The notes under the pieces were generated by a model. That model was given only the letters and a program-made list of their open reading frames with translations, made no database searches and was not told the origin of the DNA. Below, one piece after another: positions 39,700-52,090 of a DNA stretch of 64,000 nucleotides; position 1 is the first letter of the stretch, and each line of letters begins with the position of its first letter. The stretch is from assembly GCA_973895155.1 (NCBI GenBank), contig OZ316893.1, positions 6,968,963 to 7,032,962 on the forward strand, in the 5' to 3' direction. This DNA is from Marsupella aquatica. Lineage: Eukaryota; Plantae; Marchantiophyta. The position numbers were made by a program, and so were the translations under genes.

Positions 39700-40100
39700 G
39701 TCTCGCAATTCGTGAAAGTTGGGTCTTCCATGCAGTACCGTGTTGGCTAGCTGGATCCTGCAGGTTTTGCAATGAGCCCCTGTTTGTAATTGTAGCTAGG
39801 CAGCTTCTCCTCCTTGCGTCCATAGTCAACCTCGCTATACCTGCTGAGCTTCGAAGCAAGTGCAGGATTTTACCCTTGAATCCGTCTAGTTCCCTTTGCA
39901 ATTTGGTAGCGTTAGCTCATTCCAGGACAGAGTGCTCTTGACGCCCTTTGGACCGCAGAGACAGAAATGATCGACAGCGAACATCTGATAGCCATCTTAA
40001 TGTCGTTCTCACTTCCCTACAATCCTTCTTTGAGTTTTCAATCAGATGATTTACACACTGCTCCATCGATGATCATGGACAAGGTCCTTGAACCCCGTTT
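39700..40100 (-). pseudogene. highly degenerate receptor-like kinase fragments (subdomain V-VIa-like)
   Basis: Frame-broken pieces LSWNE..RYQIAKGT and EEKL.SYNY.NRGSLQNL...AWKTQLSRIA resemble the RLK consensus EKLLVYEY..NGSL...LDWKTRL.IA. Confidence 0.35.
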
Positions 40101-40347
40101 GAAATCGTACGTGCTCTCTCACAGGTGTGCGGTTTGCTTCATTGTGTTGAATATAAAATCTCGAGCCCAAGTCGTAGCCAATTCATCGTTTGTAACGGGT
40201 TTTCCTCCATTTTCATGGCGTTAGATGTTGAGGCAGCTGGCGTTGCCAAGCTGCGGCTTGATTATTCCTAGGCTTGCCTCCACACTCGTGCATGCTTAAA
40301 CTTTGCTATGTTAGATGTGACGCTTGCCGAAACAACTTTAAGTGATG

Positions 40348-40538
40348 GGCCCTATGACACTTTGGTGTTAGATTGTAAAAATTACTATAAGGTGTTTTAG
40401 CTTATACTATCACCAATAAGAGCTACTATGAAGTTCAACGTAGACCCCTATGACACTTTGGTGTTAGATGTTCTTGTAAAAATCACTATAAGATGTTTTA
40501 ACTTGATACTATCACCAACTATGAAGTTTAGGGTAGAC
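40348..40538 (+). repeat. ~97-bp imperfect tandem duplication
   Basis: ccctatgacactttggtgttagat...tactatcaccaa...ctatgaagtt...gtagacc occurs twice. Confidence 0.8.
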
Positions 40539-41645
40539 CATGCATAAATCATAAACTGCGTGATAGGGAGGAACTGTGGATTTGGCTCCCATTGCGCAAG
40601 CTGCAATGTATATATAACTTAAGTGACGACAATAAGTATTATTCATGTCTTCATGTCTACAGGTTTGAATTTCTCCTTTAGCCTCTTTAATTAGGTCATA
40701 TACCTTCAAGCAAACTATGCATGCGGTTTTCACAATGTTTTCTTTGTGTCTTTGTCTAAGTCTGGAAAGAATACTCTCTTTTGGCTAATTGCCCCTTCTA
40801 CAATGTTCAAAAATAGTCCAAATGTGGAAAGGCAGATAATGATGCTCTTCTCACATCCAAACCCCAAAATTGTCTAAGTATGTAAGGAACAAAGGATCCT
40901 CTACTTTTGGCTGTTCGCCACTGTTGCAACTCTCAAAAATTATCTCTGCTAACTGCCAATGCACAATTCCTTCCATGATAAAAAAATTGGGAACCTATCC
41001 AAATTGATTGCAACAGGCAATAAATAATAAATAAACCCCTAAACTATTTTGAAATCTTGTAAACCTGCAGAACTCCCCTATGATGGGAAAACCTGACAGA
41101 TCCCCTAGAACCCTATAATTATATGAAGACATGATAATTATGTTTTCAAGCATAGATGTACACTCATGGGACTATGACCCAACACTTGGTGAAGTGCAGT
41201 GAAAAATGCACAATGGACCGTGCAGTTAGGCATCACATAAGAATCATAAGTAAGGAACCTATTGAAGTAAGGGGCCTAGTTTATAACAAAAAAATTATAG
41301 GGACCCATCACCTAAATTTCTCGTGGCAAGGGTCTCATGAAGCATCAATGTATGTATTTTGCCTTCAACTTCAGATCTTGGATCCAGTGTGACTTTGCAT
41401 GACAACCCCAATAAATTGTAGAAGCTAAAAGGAAGTGACAATTTCTGCACAAAATCAATGCTTAATTGTGTGGAAGTATCGATCGGTGCACCGCGTTGCC
41501 AACTCTGATGGCTAGCAACTTGTTGAAGACAAACGTAAAAAGTTACCGTTCGGCGGATGGAATCTTCGACGGACTGCCGAAAACACGCTCTCTGTTTTCC
41601 TTGAATATTCTCGCACAGAGAAGCAGGGCTCACAAGGGGCCGTTC

Positions 41646-41971
41646 TGTAGAGGTTAACTCAGTCTTGGGTTGAACTATGGTTAAGATGTTAACTAGGGTT
41701 AGAGTAAACCCTAGTTGAAGAGATTGATCCTTATCTCTTCAACTTGTATGTGGTGTGAGAACACACACAAGAGAGTTCTCAAGAGAGAACACAGGGATAT
41801 AGCAAGAGATGAGAGCTTGAAGAGAAGAGAGCTATGGTGATGCTTGAGTACACACATAACCGCTAATAAAGCTTGGTCTTCCCGTGGACGTAGCCAACCT
41901 TGAGGCGAACCACGTAACTATTGAGCACGTGCATGTTTGGAGTGTTTTTCCTGATCTGATTTCTCCCCACA
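41646..41971 (+). repeat. copia 5' LTR
   Basis: TGTAGAGG...CCCCACA; identical by eye to the 3' LTR. Confidence 0.97.
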
Positions 41972-41973
41972 AT

Positions 41974-41985
41974 TGGTATCACAGC
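41974..41985 (+). other. primer-binding site (tRNA-iMet), one mismatch
   Basis: TGGTATCACAGC versus canonical TGGTATCAGAGC, 2 nt after the LTR. Confidence 0.9.
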
Positions 41986-43146
41986 TCAGATTTTTTTCAG
42001 TCGATTAGGAACTCCATAGAACTTGCTTCAAGCAAAGCGAACAGCGGATGATTTCCTCTTCAAAGCGGAGCTATTGGAAGAAGATCGGACTCAATCTTCT
42101 CACAAGTGTGGAGCACACAACCAGGGGCTCATTTCAGTGAAGCAATGAAGGCTTGAGGTCAAAAACGGAAACAATTGTAAGTGACGGTTTTCAATTTACG
42201 TTATCGGGCAAGAGATAAGGTCAATTTCTCAGATTAGTCTTTTTGATTGTTCTATCGGGACTTGAAACTGAGACACGCTTGAGCGCCTCGTCTTTCTAGA
42301 CGTTTTCGATATCAACATCACTGGATTTCGTCAAACGGTTGAGAAGTAATCTTAATTTCAATTCTCGTTTTTTTGAGCTCGAAATTTTGGCTATGGCAGA
42401 TAATTTAATATCAGTCACTTTCAACGAATCGTTTCTCCCTCATTACTCCACCATTTTGCAAGTTCTTTATATCAATCTTGATGCCCTCGAAGTCTAGTTT
42501 CTGAATCTGAAATCAGAATTGGATTTCGTCAAAAACTGAGACGGGAATTTGAGTGAATCCGCCGAGGGGTACTTTCTGCCGCGAGTAGTCGCGACTTCCG
42601 CGGACGCGCGAGGAGGTCAAAAACTTCGAGGAGGCCTTTTAGGGCTCGACAGGGCTCGGGCAGGGGGAAGTGCCCCCTGTGAATTTCCCCCACAGGGGCT
42701 GTACAAGGGCGGACAGAATTTCCCGAAAAGATTCTTTTTCCAGAGGCTTAAATTTTTACCGAAGGTCAAAGATTCCGAGCGGCAAACAAAATCGAATCAA
42801 CTTCAACTTTTGGAGAGGTGTACTTGGGGAAGCTAGGCAAGCATTGGTGTGCTCAATTTTGGAAACGCATACTAGTGAAATCTTTGGCATAAAAGATTCC
42901 CTCAAGGGGTATTTATTTCATTTTTTACCCCCCTCCGGTCAGAGTAAAAATTCTCGGCACTCGAGAGTCCGTTTGACAAACCGTTTTCAGCATTTGGAGC
43001 GTTACCTTGTGGGCTACACACAGGAGTGATCAGTTTCAAAATTCACCAACTTTCATTTTTGGCCTTATTTTCACACCCCGCATCTGAGCATTCGACGTTT
43101 ATTTCTTGTTGGAAGGCAACTCCACACTACATTTGGCATTCTAGCG

Positions 43147-46100
43147 ATGGCGACTACTAGGATTGGAGGTCAAAGGTTGAGGTGGAAAAATTTGATGGTC
43201 GGATGGACTATACAATGTGGGAACGTAACATGAGGGATGCACTTAGGGCGATGGGCCTAGGCAAGGTACTAAGATCTCAACCCAAGGAGATGGAAGATGA
43301 TGATTGGCATGATCTTCAGGATCAAGCGGTAAGCATTGTTGGAATGTACCTGAAAAACAATGTGAAGAAGCAGTTCGAGGAAAAATCAACACAAACGGTG
43401 ACGGACTTGTTTCAAGCATTGTGCAACAAGTACTACAAGAAGGAGATGTCAAACCGAATGTATGCAAGCCTGAAGCTCATGCAATTCAAAATGGCTGATG
43501 GAGTCAAGATTCAAGATCATATTGATCAGTTCAATGATCTTGTGGTTGACCTAGAGAATTTGGGGGAGCATTTGAGCGAAGAAAAGAAAGCCTTACAACT
43601 CTTGAGCTCACTACCACCTTCGTACCAATCTTTGTCTCGAGTTCTTCTATTCCGTGATAAGATAACTATATCCTACAATGATGTGGTGAGTGCCCTGTTG
43701 ACCGATGACATGCAGTCTAAGTTGGTTTCTTCAGCTCATCCTACCTCAACCTCATCATCAACAGCACTAATGGTAGAAAGAGGCAAATCAAGGGAGCCAT
43801 CTCATGAAAACAAAAGGTTTAACCCACTTCCCATGGAGCGAGGAAGGTTCCACGACCGATCTTTTGGTAGGAGGAGGTTTAGATCCAGATCTAGATCTCG
43901 ATCCAAATCACCATCCAAGTCTACTCGTGAGATAAAGTGTTGGAAGTGTGATAAAGTGGGCCACATGAAGAAGGATTGTCGCGTCAAAGACACATTCAAG
44001 GAAGTTGCCGGTTCTTCAGCCCAAGTAGTTGTTCGAGAAGAGGATAGTGAAGGATTTGCATTGTGTACCACTTCCCAAGTTGAGGATTGTCAATGGATTT
44101 TGGATTCCGCTTGTTCGTATCACATGTGTTATATGCGTGAATTTTTCTCATCCTACACTCCTATCAACGGATCTGTTTTGATGGGAAATAATCATTCTTG
44201 CAAAGTTTTAGGGATTGGATCCGTAAAGATTTAACTACCTGGTGGCAAGTACGGTACTCTATCAAATGTCAGACACATTCCAGAAATGTGTAAGAATTTG
44301 ATTTCTCTTGGCTACTTGGATGCGAAGGGTTATCAATAGAGTGCAACTGATGGGGTGTTAATAGTCACGCATGGATCAACTGAAGTTCTTATTGGCAAGA
44401 GGAAAAGAAACATCTATGTCTTGGAAGGCACCACCCTTCCTACCGAAGTCAATTTGGTCACATCTCAGGAGGAGAAAATCAATTTATGACATGCTCGGCT
44501 TGGTCACATGAGTGAAAAAAGTTTGGAAATTTTACACAAGCGACATCTCCTACCAGGATTGCAAGCATGCAAGTTGAGTTTTTGTGATCATTGCATTGTC
44601 GGCAAGAAAACAAGAACTCCATTTCCTACTGCTATTCATCATTCTAAAGTTGTACTTAAGTATATTCATTCCGATGTGTGGGGTCTTGCTCCGGTTTCCT
44701 CACATTCATGCAAACAATACTATGTATCATTTATCGATGATTACTCAAGGTTTGTTTGGATTTATTTCATTGCCCATAAGTTTGAAGTGCTTTCCATCTT
44801 CAAACAATGGGTAGCTCAAGTTGAGACACAGACTGCAAAGAATGTGAGATATCTACGATCAGATAATGGTGGTGAATACACCTCTGGCGAGTTCAACACG
44901 TATTGTGCAAATAAGGGAATTACTCACCATCTCACAACTGTGTACACTCCTGAGCAAAATGGTGTTACTCAGCGACTCAACCGCACATTGTTGGAGCGAG
45001 CAAGGAGCATGTTGAGCCACTCTAAATTGCCACAAATCTTTTGGGCGGAAGCTGTGAACATTGCTGCTTATCTAGTAAATCTCTCTCCTAGTCGAGCAAT
45101 TACTTACAAAACCCCCTTTGAGTTATGGCACAATCGACCTGCTGATTATTCAAAGCTTAGGGTTTTTGGCTGTGAAGCATATGCACATGTTCCTAGCAAC
45201 AATAGGACTAAGCTAGATCCTAGAGCCCAGAAATGTATTTTTCTTGGTTATCAGCGTGAAGTTAAAGGTTATCGATTGTGGGATCCAGTTGATTGCAAGT
45301 TACTTGTTAGTCAGGATGTATCCTTCAATGAAGAAAAATCATTGAAGGAGGGGGAGATAGATCAATTCCCTACTACTAACAAAGAGCAATCTCCTCCTCT
45401 AGAGGATTTAAGGGGAAAGGATGTGTCAGATGAAGAATATGTTGACACCACTGTAAGGCAAAGCACACTACAATCAGATCAGCCAGAGTCTTCAGTGCGA
45501 AGAGGAACTCGCAAACGTCAAGCCCGAGAAAGGTATGGAACTTGGCTTCCTTCTGATCAAGTGGATTTGGATGAAGAATCTATTGATGCATTGGTGACAG
45601 AAGATGGAGATCCATCCTCATTTTGAGAGATCCTAGCTTCTATGGAGAAGCAACAATGGCAGGCGGCGATGCACATGGAAATGAAATCATTTCATGATAA
45701 CAAGACTTGGGAACTCACAAGTCTACCTAGTGACAAGCAGGCTGTTGACAGCAAGTGGGTGTATATAAAGAAAGATGGACCCACGGAGGATGCTGAGAAG
45801 ATATTTAAGGCTCGGTTGGTAGCCAAGGGTTTTACTCAACAGAAAGGTATAGACTACAATGAGGTTTTTTCACCCGTAGCAAAGCATTCAATAATACGTT
45901 TGCTATGTGCTCTTGTAGTTTTATTTGATCTAGTTTTAGATCAAATGGATGTTGTCACGGCATTCTTATATGGATCGTTGGATGAGGTGATTTACATGAG
46001 GCAACCAGAGGGTTTTGTACAAAAGGGCAAGGAAAATTTGGTATGTAGATTGCTAAAATCCTTGTATGGATTAAAGCAGAGCCCAAGGCAGTGGAACAAG

Positions 46101-47179
46101 CGTTTTGATGAATTTTTGAAATCGCTTGGATTTGTGCGAAGCGTGTACGATCCATGTGTTTACATCAGGCGTGTGAACAACACAGGTTTTAAGTTTGTCA
46201 TCCTTGTACTTTATGTGGATGACATGCTCATTGCAGCAAAGGATAGGGGCGAAGTTGATAAGCTTAAGGCCCAACTCAGTTCTGAGTTTAAGATGAAGGA
46301 CTTGGGCATAGCCAAGAGGATCCTAGGCATGGAGATTGTCAGGGATGTGAACAAAGCCAAACTTTGGCTAACGCAAAAAAGATATGCAGAGAAGGTGCTC
46401 TCAAAATTCAACATGGCAGATGCTAAGGCTGTGAGTGTTCCTTTGGCAAGGCATTTCAATATTTCTGCAGCATTTTGTCCATCGGATGCAACAGAAAAAA
46501 GTTTGATGTCCAAAGTTCCTTATGAAAGTGCTGTGGGCAGTTTAATGTATCTCATGGTATGCACTCGACCAGACATAGCTTATGCCGTTAGCAAGGTAAG
46601 CAGATACATGGCAAATCCAGGAAAAGTCCATTGGGAAGCAGTGAAATGGATTTTGCGCTACATCAGAGGTTCCACTAAGAAAGGTTTATTGTTTGATGCA
46701 AGTTCAAACAATATGAAAGTGCTTCAAGGTTATGTGGATGCAGACTACGCAGGTGATCTGGATAAGAGGAGATCAACAACTGGATATGTATTTACACTTG
46801 CTGGTGGATGCATTAGTTGGAAGTCTACTCTCCAAAAGTGTGTTGCAAAGTCTACTATGGATGCCGAGTATGTAGCGGCAGCAGAAGCAGCATCAGAGAC
46901 CATTTGGTTGAAAAAGCTTGTCAAAGAGATGGATTTATCACAAGATTCTGTGTATCTTCATTGTGACAGTCAAAGTGCAATTTACACTGCCAAGAATTAG
47001 GTGATGGATGGCAGGGAAAGCACATTGATGTCCGCTATCATTTCATCCGACAGGCATTATCGGATGATGAATTTGAGCTTGTCAAGATTGATGGAAAGCT
47101 TAATCCAGCGGATGCTTTTACCAAAGTATTAGACTCCAATAGTTTTTCAAGGCATTGTAATTATTTACAAATATTGTAA
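43147..47179 (+). pseudogene. disrupted copia gag-pol polyprotein
   Basis: EKFDG gag start, CWKCDKVGHMKKDC zinc knuckle, WILDSACSYHM protease, IHSDVWG and RSDNGGEY integrase, LYVDDM RT, YVDADYAG RNase H. Stops at 44232, 44337, 44487, 45624 and 46998; frameshifts near 43175 and 47017. Confidence 0.95.
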
Positions 47180-47360
47180 ATAGAGTTAACCAAGAAAATG
47201 TCTCTATATGAGTACTCCATCCGATGGCTTATCGGCTACGGCTTAGTTCTAGTTAACTCTTGCATTAGGGGGAGGGCCTTTTGGCCTTACTGTCTTGAAC
47301 TTCCCGCGGAGGAACTTGTAAGGAAAAGACAATATTATGAACCCTCCCAAGACGTGAGTC

Positions 47361-47369
47361 AAGGGGGAG
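47361..47369 (+). other. polypurine tract
   Basis: AAGGGGGAG, 2 nt before the 3' LTR. Confidence 0.9.
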
Positions 47370-47371
47370 TT

Positions 47372-47697
47372 TGTAGAGGTTAACTCAGTCTTGGGTTGAA
47401 CTATGGTTAAGATGTTAACTAGGGTTAGAGTAAACCCTAGTTGAAGAGATTGATCCTTATCTCTTCAACTTGTATGTGGTGTGAGAACACACACAAGAGA
47501 GTTCTCAAGAGAGAACACAGGGATATAGCAAGAGATGAGAGCTTGAAGAGAAGAGAGCTATGGTGATGCTTGAGTACACACATAACCGCTAATAAAGCTT
47601 GGTCTTCCCGTGGACGTAGCCAACCTTGAGGCGAACCACGTAACTATTGAGCACGTGCATGTTTGGAGTGTTTTTCCTGATCTGATTTCTCCCCACA
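47372..47697 (+). repeat. copia 3' LTR
   Basis: Followed directly by the TSD CGTTC (47698-47702). Confidence 0.97.
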
Positions 47698-48337
47698 CGT
47701 TCCCCCTGTCCAAACGGTTAAAGCGGAGGGCAGTAGGGGCCCGGATGCAGCAGCCAATGAGGAGGGAAGAAAAGAGATAAAAATAGGGCCTAAAGGGGGT
47801 CCGGAAGGGGGTTTAAAACCCCTTATAAATCAGGCCTATGTGGGGCAGCGTACCGGATGGTATACGCGGTCAGGGCTGGGGTACGTGTATGGCTGGGCCG
47901 CGATGCAGCCGGGGAGTGCCAGGGCCGGCGGGACCTGCAGCCGGCATTCAAGGCAGCCGGCCAAGGGGCTAAAGACAGGCAAGGGCGGGCCATATGCGGA
48001 CCCGGGGCCGGCCGGAGAGGGAAAAAAGTGAGGGCGCGGGCCTGTCAGAGCTGCAAGCCGCGGTCGGGGCTGCCGGGAAAGAGGCGTGTATGGAGGCATT
48101 CAGGGGGGAGGGGGGTCGATTGGACAAGGGGGCTGATAGGTTTTTTGGGTTTTCATGGAAGACTGATACAATTTGTGTAAGCCTGATTGTTTAAAACCAA
48201 TTTTGAGATTAGAAGAATTATAGGGTTAAATTAGGAATATTCTAAAAATGTTCCACAAAGCTAGAGAAAACAATTCAGATAAGTTTTTGTGCTCATTTGA
48301 GGGTGTTTATTGCCCAAAATAATGCGCATGATATGGG

Positions 48338-48786
48338 CCCCTGGTTATGCAACTCTCCTATTTATAAGACAGATTTTTGATTCCTTACAATGGCCTTTTG
48401 TCCAATCAACCATGTTAGGTTTAATTTGTCTACTAAGCTATTGTACCTCTCAACTGAAGGAATCCAAAAATGTAACTTTAAAAAAATGTGAACATGTTTT
48501 CATGTGAAAAAACTTGAGCAGAACCACATTAAATGATTTTTTTAATACAGGGTCTACAACCAAATTAGCCAACTTTTAAGAATATTTTAATAAAAATGAC
48601 AGCAATATTGGGAGTTTTTTATTTTATGTGGACAACAAAGAAAACCAAAGATTATGTGACTCAAAAAGAATTAAAGTCGAAACCCCAGGTATTTATAAAT
48701 TTTATCTTTTGTTATAGCCATCCCAACCTCCTAGTCCATATAAAGATGTAGACCCCTGCCGATTATACAAGAGTTGCATACCCGGG
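48338..48786 (+). mobile_element. MITE-like element, family A
   Basis: Termini CCCCTGGTTATGCAACTC / GAGTTGCATACCCGGG; colinear with 23278-23740. Confidence 0.75.
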
Positions 48787-50019
48787 TATGGTCCCCCATT
48801 GGAGTGGGGCCTGGAGTGAGGTCCCCAAGATCATCCTCAAAATTATTTTTAAAGCCCAATATGCACTTTGTTGCACGTGGTGGGTTGATTCCATGGGAGT
48901 CCCCCATCCCATTATTTTTGGATTCAATGCACAACTTGAGAAGGAAACAATGCTCCCATACTTTACTGGTTTTGGACATCTGATCGACACAGATTAAAAC
49001 GTTAACCATAGGTAGCAAACCTTACCACATAAAATTTACTTTCAACAACAGTCTCCAAACATAATAGGTTGACTTAGCCTAGCACCTGGTATACACTAAC
49101 AATCAGGACCTGAACATGAGCATGAAAAATGGCCCAAAATGGGATACTAGGTTCTTATCTCCTATATAACTTATCTAATTGACTGGGTATAGCGCAATCC
49201 CCCTCCATTTTTAAGTTTGAATCCAACTTGGAAAATGAATACGGGCTCCAAATCCTGTTCATTACTAAAATCAATCCAAGTATTCACTTTATTCGTCAAA
49301 TATCCTAAACTATAATACGCACTTGTGCCACTTTTTAGAGTGGTAGTCATTCAAATTTGCAGTGCACAAAAATTTAAAAAATCTGGTCAAAGGGTAAATA
49401 ATAAGGGTAAATAATAAAACCAAAGTGTGAATTGAGTTTAGTGTGACACAAAAAGTTGCACCATTTTCCAAGACAAAACAAATCATCTCACGAGACACCC
49501 AAAAAAGCTAAACTTTAATCAACACAATGCACAAGAATCAATGCACTACGATCAAGGACAAAACTTCCTCCATGATCCATGCAAGTAAGTATTGTATTTA
49601 CATGTAAGTAAGTATTCAACATATTCAATATTGTGTGCAACATAATTTTGTATAATAGTGGTAAGAGGAATTTAATTGTTAATAATATTTTAGTCACTTG
49701 ATCAATAAAATATTATTCTCCCAATATTTGTGGTGATTTTTAGAGTCATTTGCACTGTCATTTTCAATGCCAAAAAATAAAAATAAGGCCCAAAGACATA
49801 GTGAAACGTATGGCACGGGCGTTGATGGCAAGGTGTCGAGCAAGGGGCACACTTGCAATGTAGGGCAGCCCCTAGAAGGGCTCCAGTCGCGCATGGTTGG
49901 GGAGGGGGGAGGGGAGTGATGGTGAAATGGGGAAAAAGGGGAGGTTAAGGTTTAAAAGGAACATATTAAGAGATAAAAGGTTAAAACGGGGGGGGGGACA
50001 CCTCTCATTTCGTTATACT

Positions 50020-51062
50020 TTTGTGGTTGTCATAGCCAGTGTTTTGTGCAATGATATCTTTTATCCAAGAATTGTTCTGTGCAAGGAGAAAAAGGAAAAA
50101 AAGAAAAGGGACTTTTGTGGCTGCCTTAGCCAATATTTTGCACAATGATATCTTTCACTCAACAAAAGGTTTTGTGCAATAATATATTTTAACAAATTTA
50201 TTTATTTATTCAACGATATCTTTTGCACCATGATCTATTTCTCAACAACATCTTTAACCAAACAACATATTTTATGCAACGCACGGGGATTGAAAGGATA
50301 GTGACAGAATGGTCATCTTTGCTAAACCCTAAACCCTAAACCTGAAACCAATAATATAATGTTGCGCCAATGTATACAGTGGTCGCCAGTCAAACGCGAG
50401 TACATTTTGGGTTAAAAAACAAAACAAAGAAAAAGACTTGCTCCTTCTCTCCTTGACTTATTACTTCATAACATCTTTCACATAACGACAACTTGGGTGA
50501 AACAACACCTTTTTTCTTATAACATCTTTTACTTCACGATATCTTTGGTAAAATGACACCTTTTTCTTATCAACATGTTTCACATAATGACATCTTTGGC
50601 AAAATGACTTCTTTTGTCTTAACAACATCTTTTTACTTCATGACATCTTTCCATAACAACATCTTGGGCGACACCACATCTTCTTTCTTAACAACATCTT
50701 TGTGCAACGCATGGGTATTTTCCCTCTACAATGTCTTGGTCGACACGACATCTTTTCCCTCAATGACATCTTTGCCAACATGACATATTTTTTCTCAACG
50801 ACATCTTGGCTGACATGACAATTTTTTCTTGACGAGATCTTGGCCGACATGACATCTTTTTTCTCAACTACTTCTTGGCCGACACGACATTTTTTTTCTC
50901 AACAACCTCTTGGCCGACACAACATCTTTTCTATCCACGACCTCTTGGCCGACATGACATCTTTTCTCTCAACGGCCTCTTGGCCGACACAACATTTTTT
51001 TTCTCAATGACATTCTGGCCGACATGACTTCTTTTGTGCAATGCACGGGTATATTGAGCTAG
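50020..51062 (+). mobile_element. non-autonomous Helitron-like element with ~33-bp minisatellite
   Basis: 3' end gtgcaatgcacgggtatattgag-CTAG|T; internal hairpin copies at ~50275 and ~50702; array unit tcttggccgacacgacatcttttttctcaacgac. The 5' boundary is approximate. Confidence 0.72.
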
Positions 51063-51309
51063 TGTATATCATAATGACACTGCTATATCAGAGTGAGAGG
51101 TGCAAGCAAGTTAAACGTCCATCTTGAATTTGGCCTAATTAGTACTGGGACCCCACTTTTTTATCTAATTCCCAAAATGGAGGACCAGATGCACATTGGA
51201 GTACATCAGACTCAGTGGGCATCAGAATATCCACTTTATCTTTAAACTATCAATTTGACTGTAGAGAGTGCCCCCCCCCCTACCCCACATCCCCCCCACC
51301 CCAAGTATC

Positions 51310-52070
51310 AAGTATAAAAGTAGGGGGGTCTACATTTATATGGACTAGAAAGCTTGCTCGAATACAAATAAAATTTTGCAAAAGTAGGTCATATGTATTA
51401 AATTTGGCTGGTTTTCTTCCTTTTCCCACATAAATTTAAAAGTTCATAAACTTGTTGCAATTTGTTTTGAAGGATTTTTAAAATTTCATTCAAAATCTTA
51501 AAATGTTTAGCTAGTTTGGCTGTAGACCCATGTATTAAACAAAAGCCATGTTTGGTCTTGATGAAAGTTTTACACACACAAATAAAGCGGAGTAGGTTTG
51601 TTTAAAGTTAGATATTATATTTTTGGATTCCTTGAGTTCAGAGGTACAAATTTTTAGTAGACTAAAATGCTATTTGACACTATCAATTCGAGATGATTGA
51701 AGTAGTCATAAGGAATTAAAGTTTTGCCTTATAAAAAGAGGAGTTGTATACCCGAGGTCAAGACAGAGGGTAAGTCCGGTGTACACAACTCTCGTATTTT
51801 TATATGGACTAAAAGATTGGGTCTATTAAAAAGCAAAAATTGGAAAAAGCTGGGTTTTCCACTTTCAAAATTTTGTGGGTCATATTTAAGGTTTGACTTT
51901 CTTATTTTCCATGTTGGATTAAAACCAGTTCATAAAATAGTAATAATTTTTATTAAAAGGTTTTAAATTTTTTAATGAAAATCACAAAAATCTGGCTAGT
52001 TTGGCTGTGGACCCCTATATTAAAAAATGCCATATACACTGGGTTTGATCAAAATTTTCTATATGAACAG
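51310..52070 (-). mobile_element. two MITE family A copies/fragments in reverse orientation
   Basis: Contain ctagtttggctgtagaccc, ttttagtagactaaaa, gagttgtatacccg and ccggtgtacacaactc. Confidence 0.6.
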
Positions 52071-52090
52071 TTTTGCTTTTTCTTTAGTTA

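Larger units (their letters stand above)
41646..47697 (+). mobile_element. full-length Ty1/copia LTR retrotransposon
   Basis: 326-bp LTRs (TG...CA) at 41646-41971 and 47372-47697; TSD CGTTC; PBS; PPT; domain order gag-PR-IN-RT-RH. Confidence 0.98.

Noticed and set aside
40700-41000. Possible hAT transposase dimerisation relic (GCE...STF) on the minus strand
   Set aside because: The match is too short and frame-broken to support.
47700-48200. GC-rich overlapping ORFs right of the copia element
   Set aside because: Several frames are open because of GC content and there are no motifs; more likely non-coding DNA of an older repeat into which the copia inserted.
50322-50343. CCCTAAA repeats as an interstitial telomere
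   Set aside because: Only ~2-3 units, embedded in the Helitron-like element and degenerate in its paralogue.
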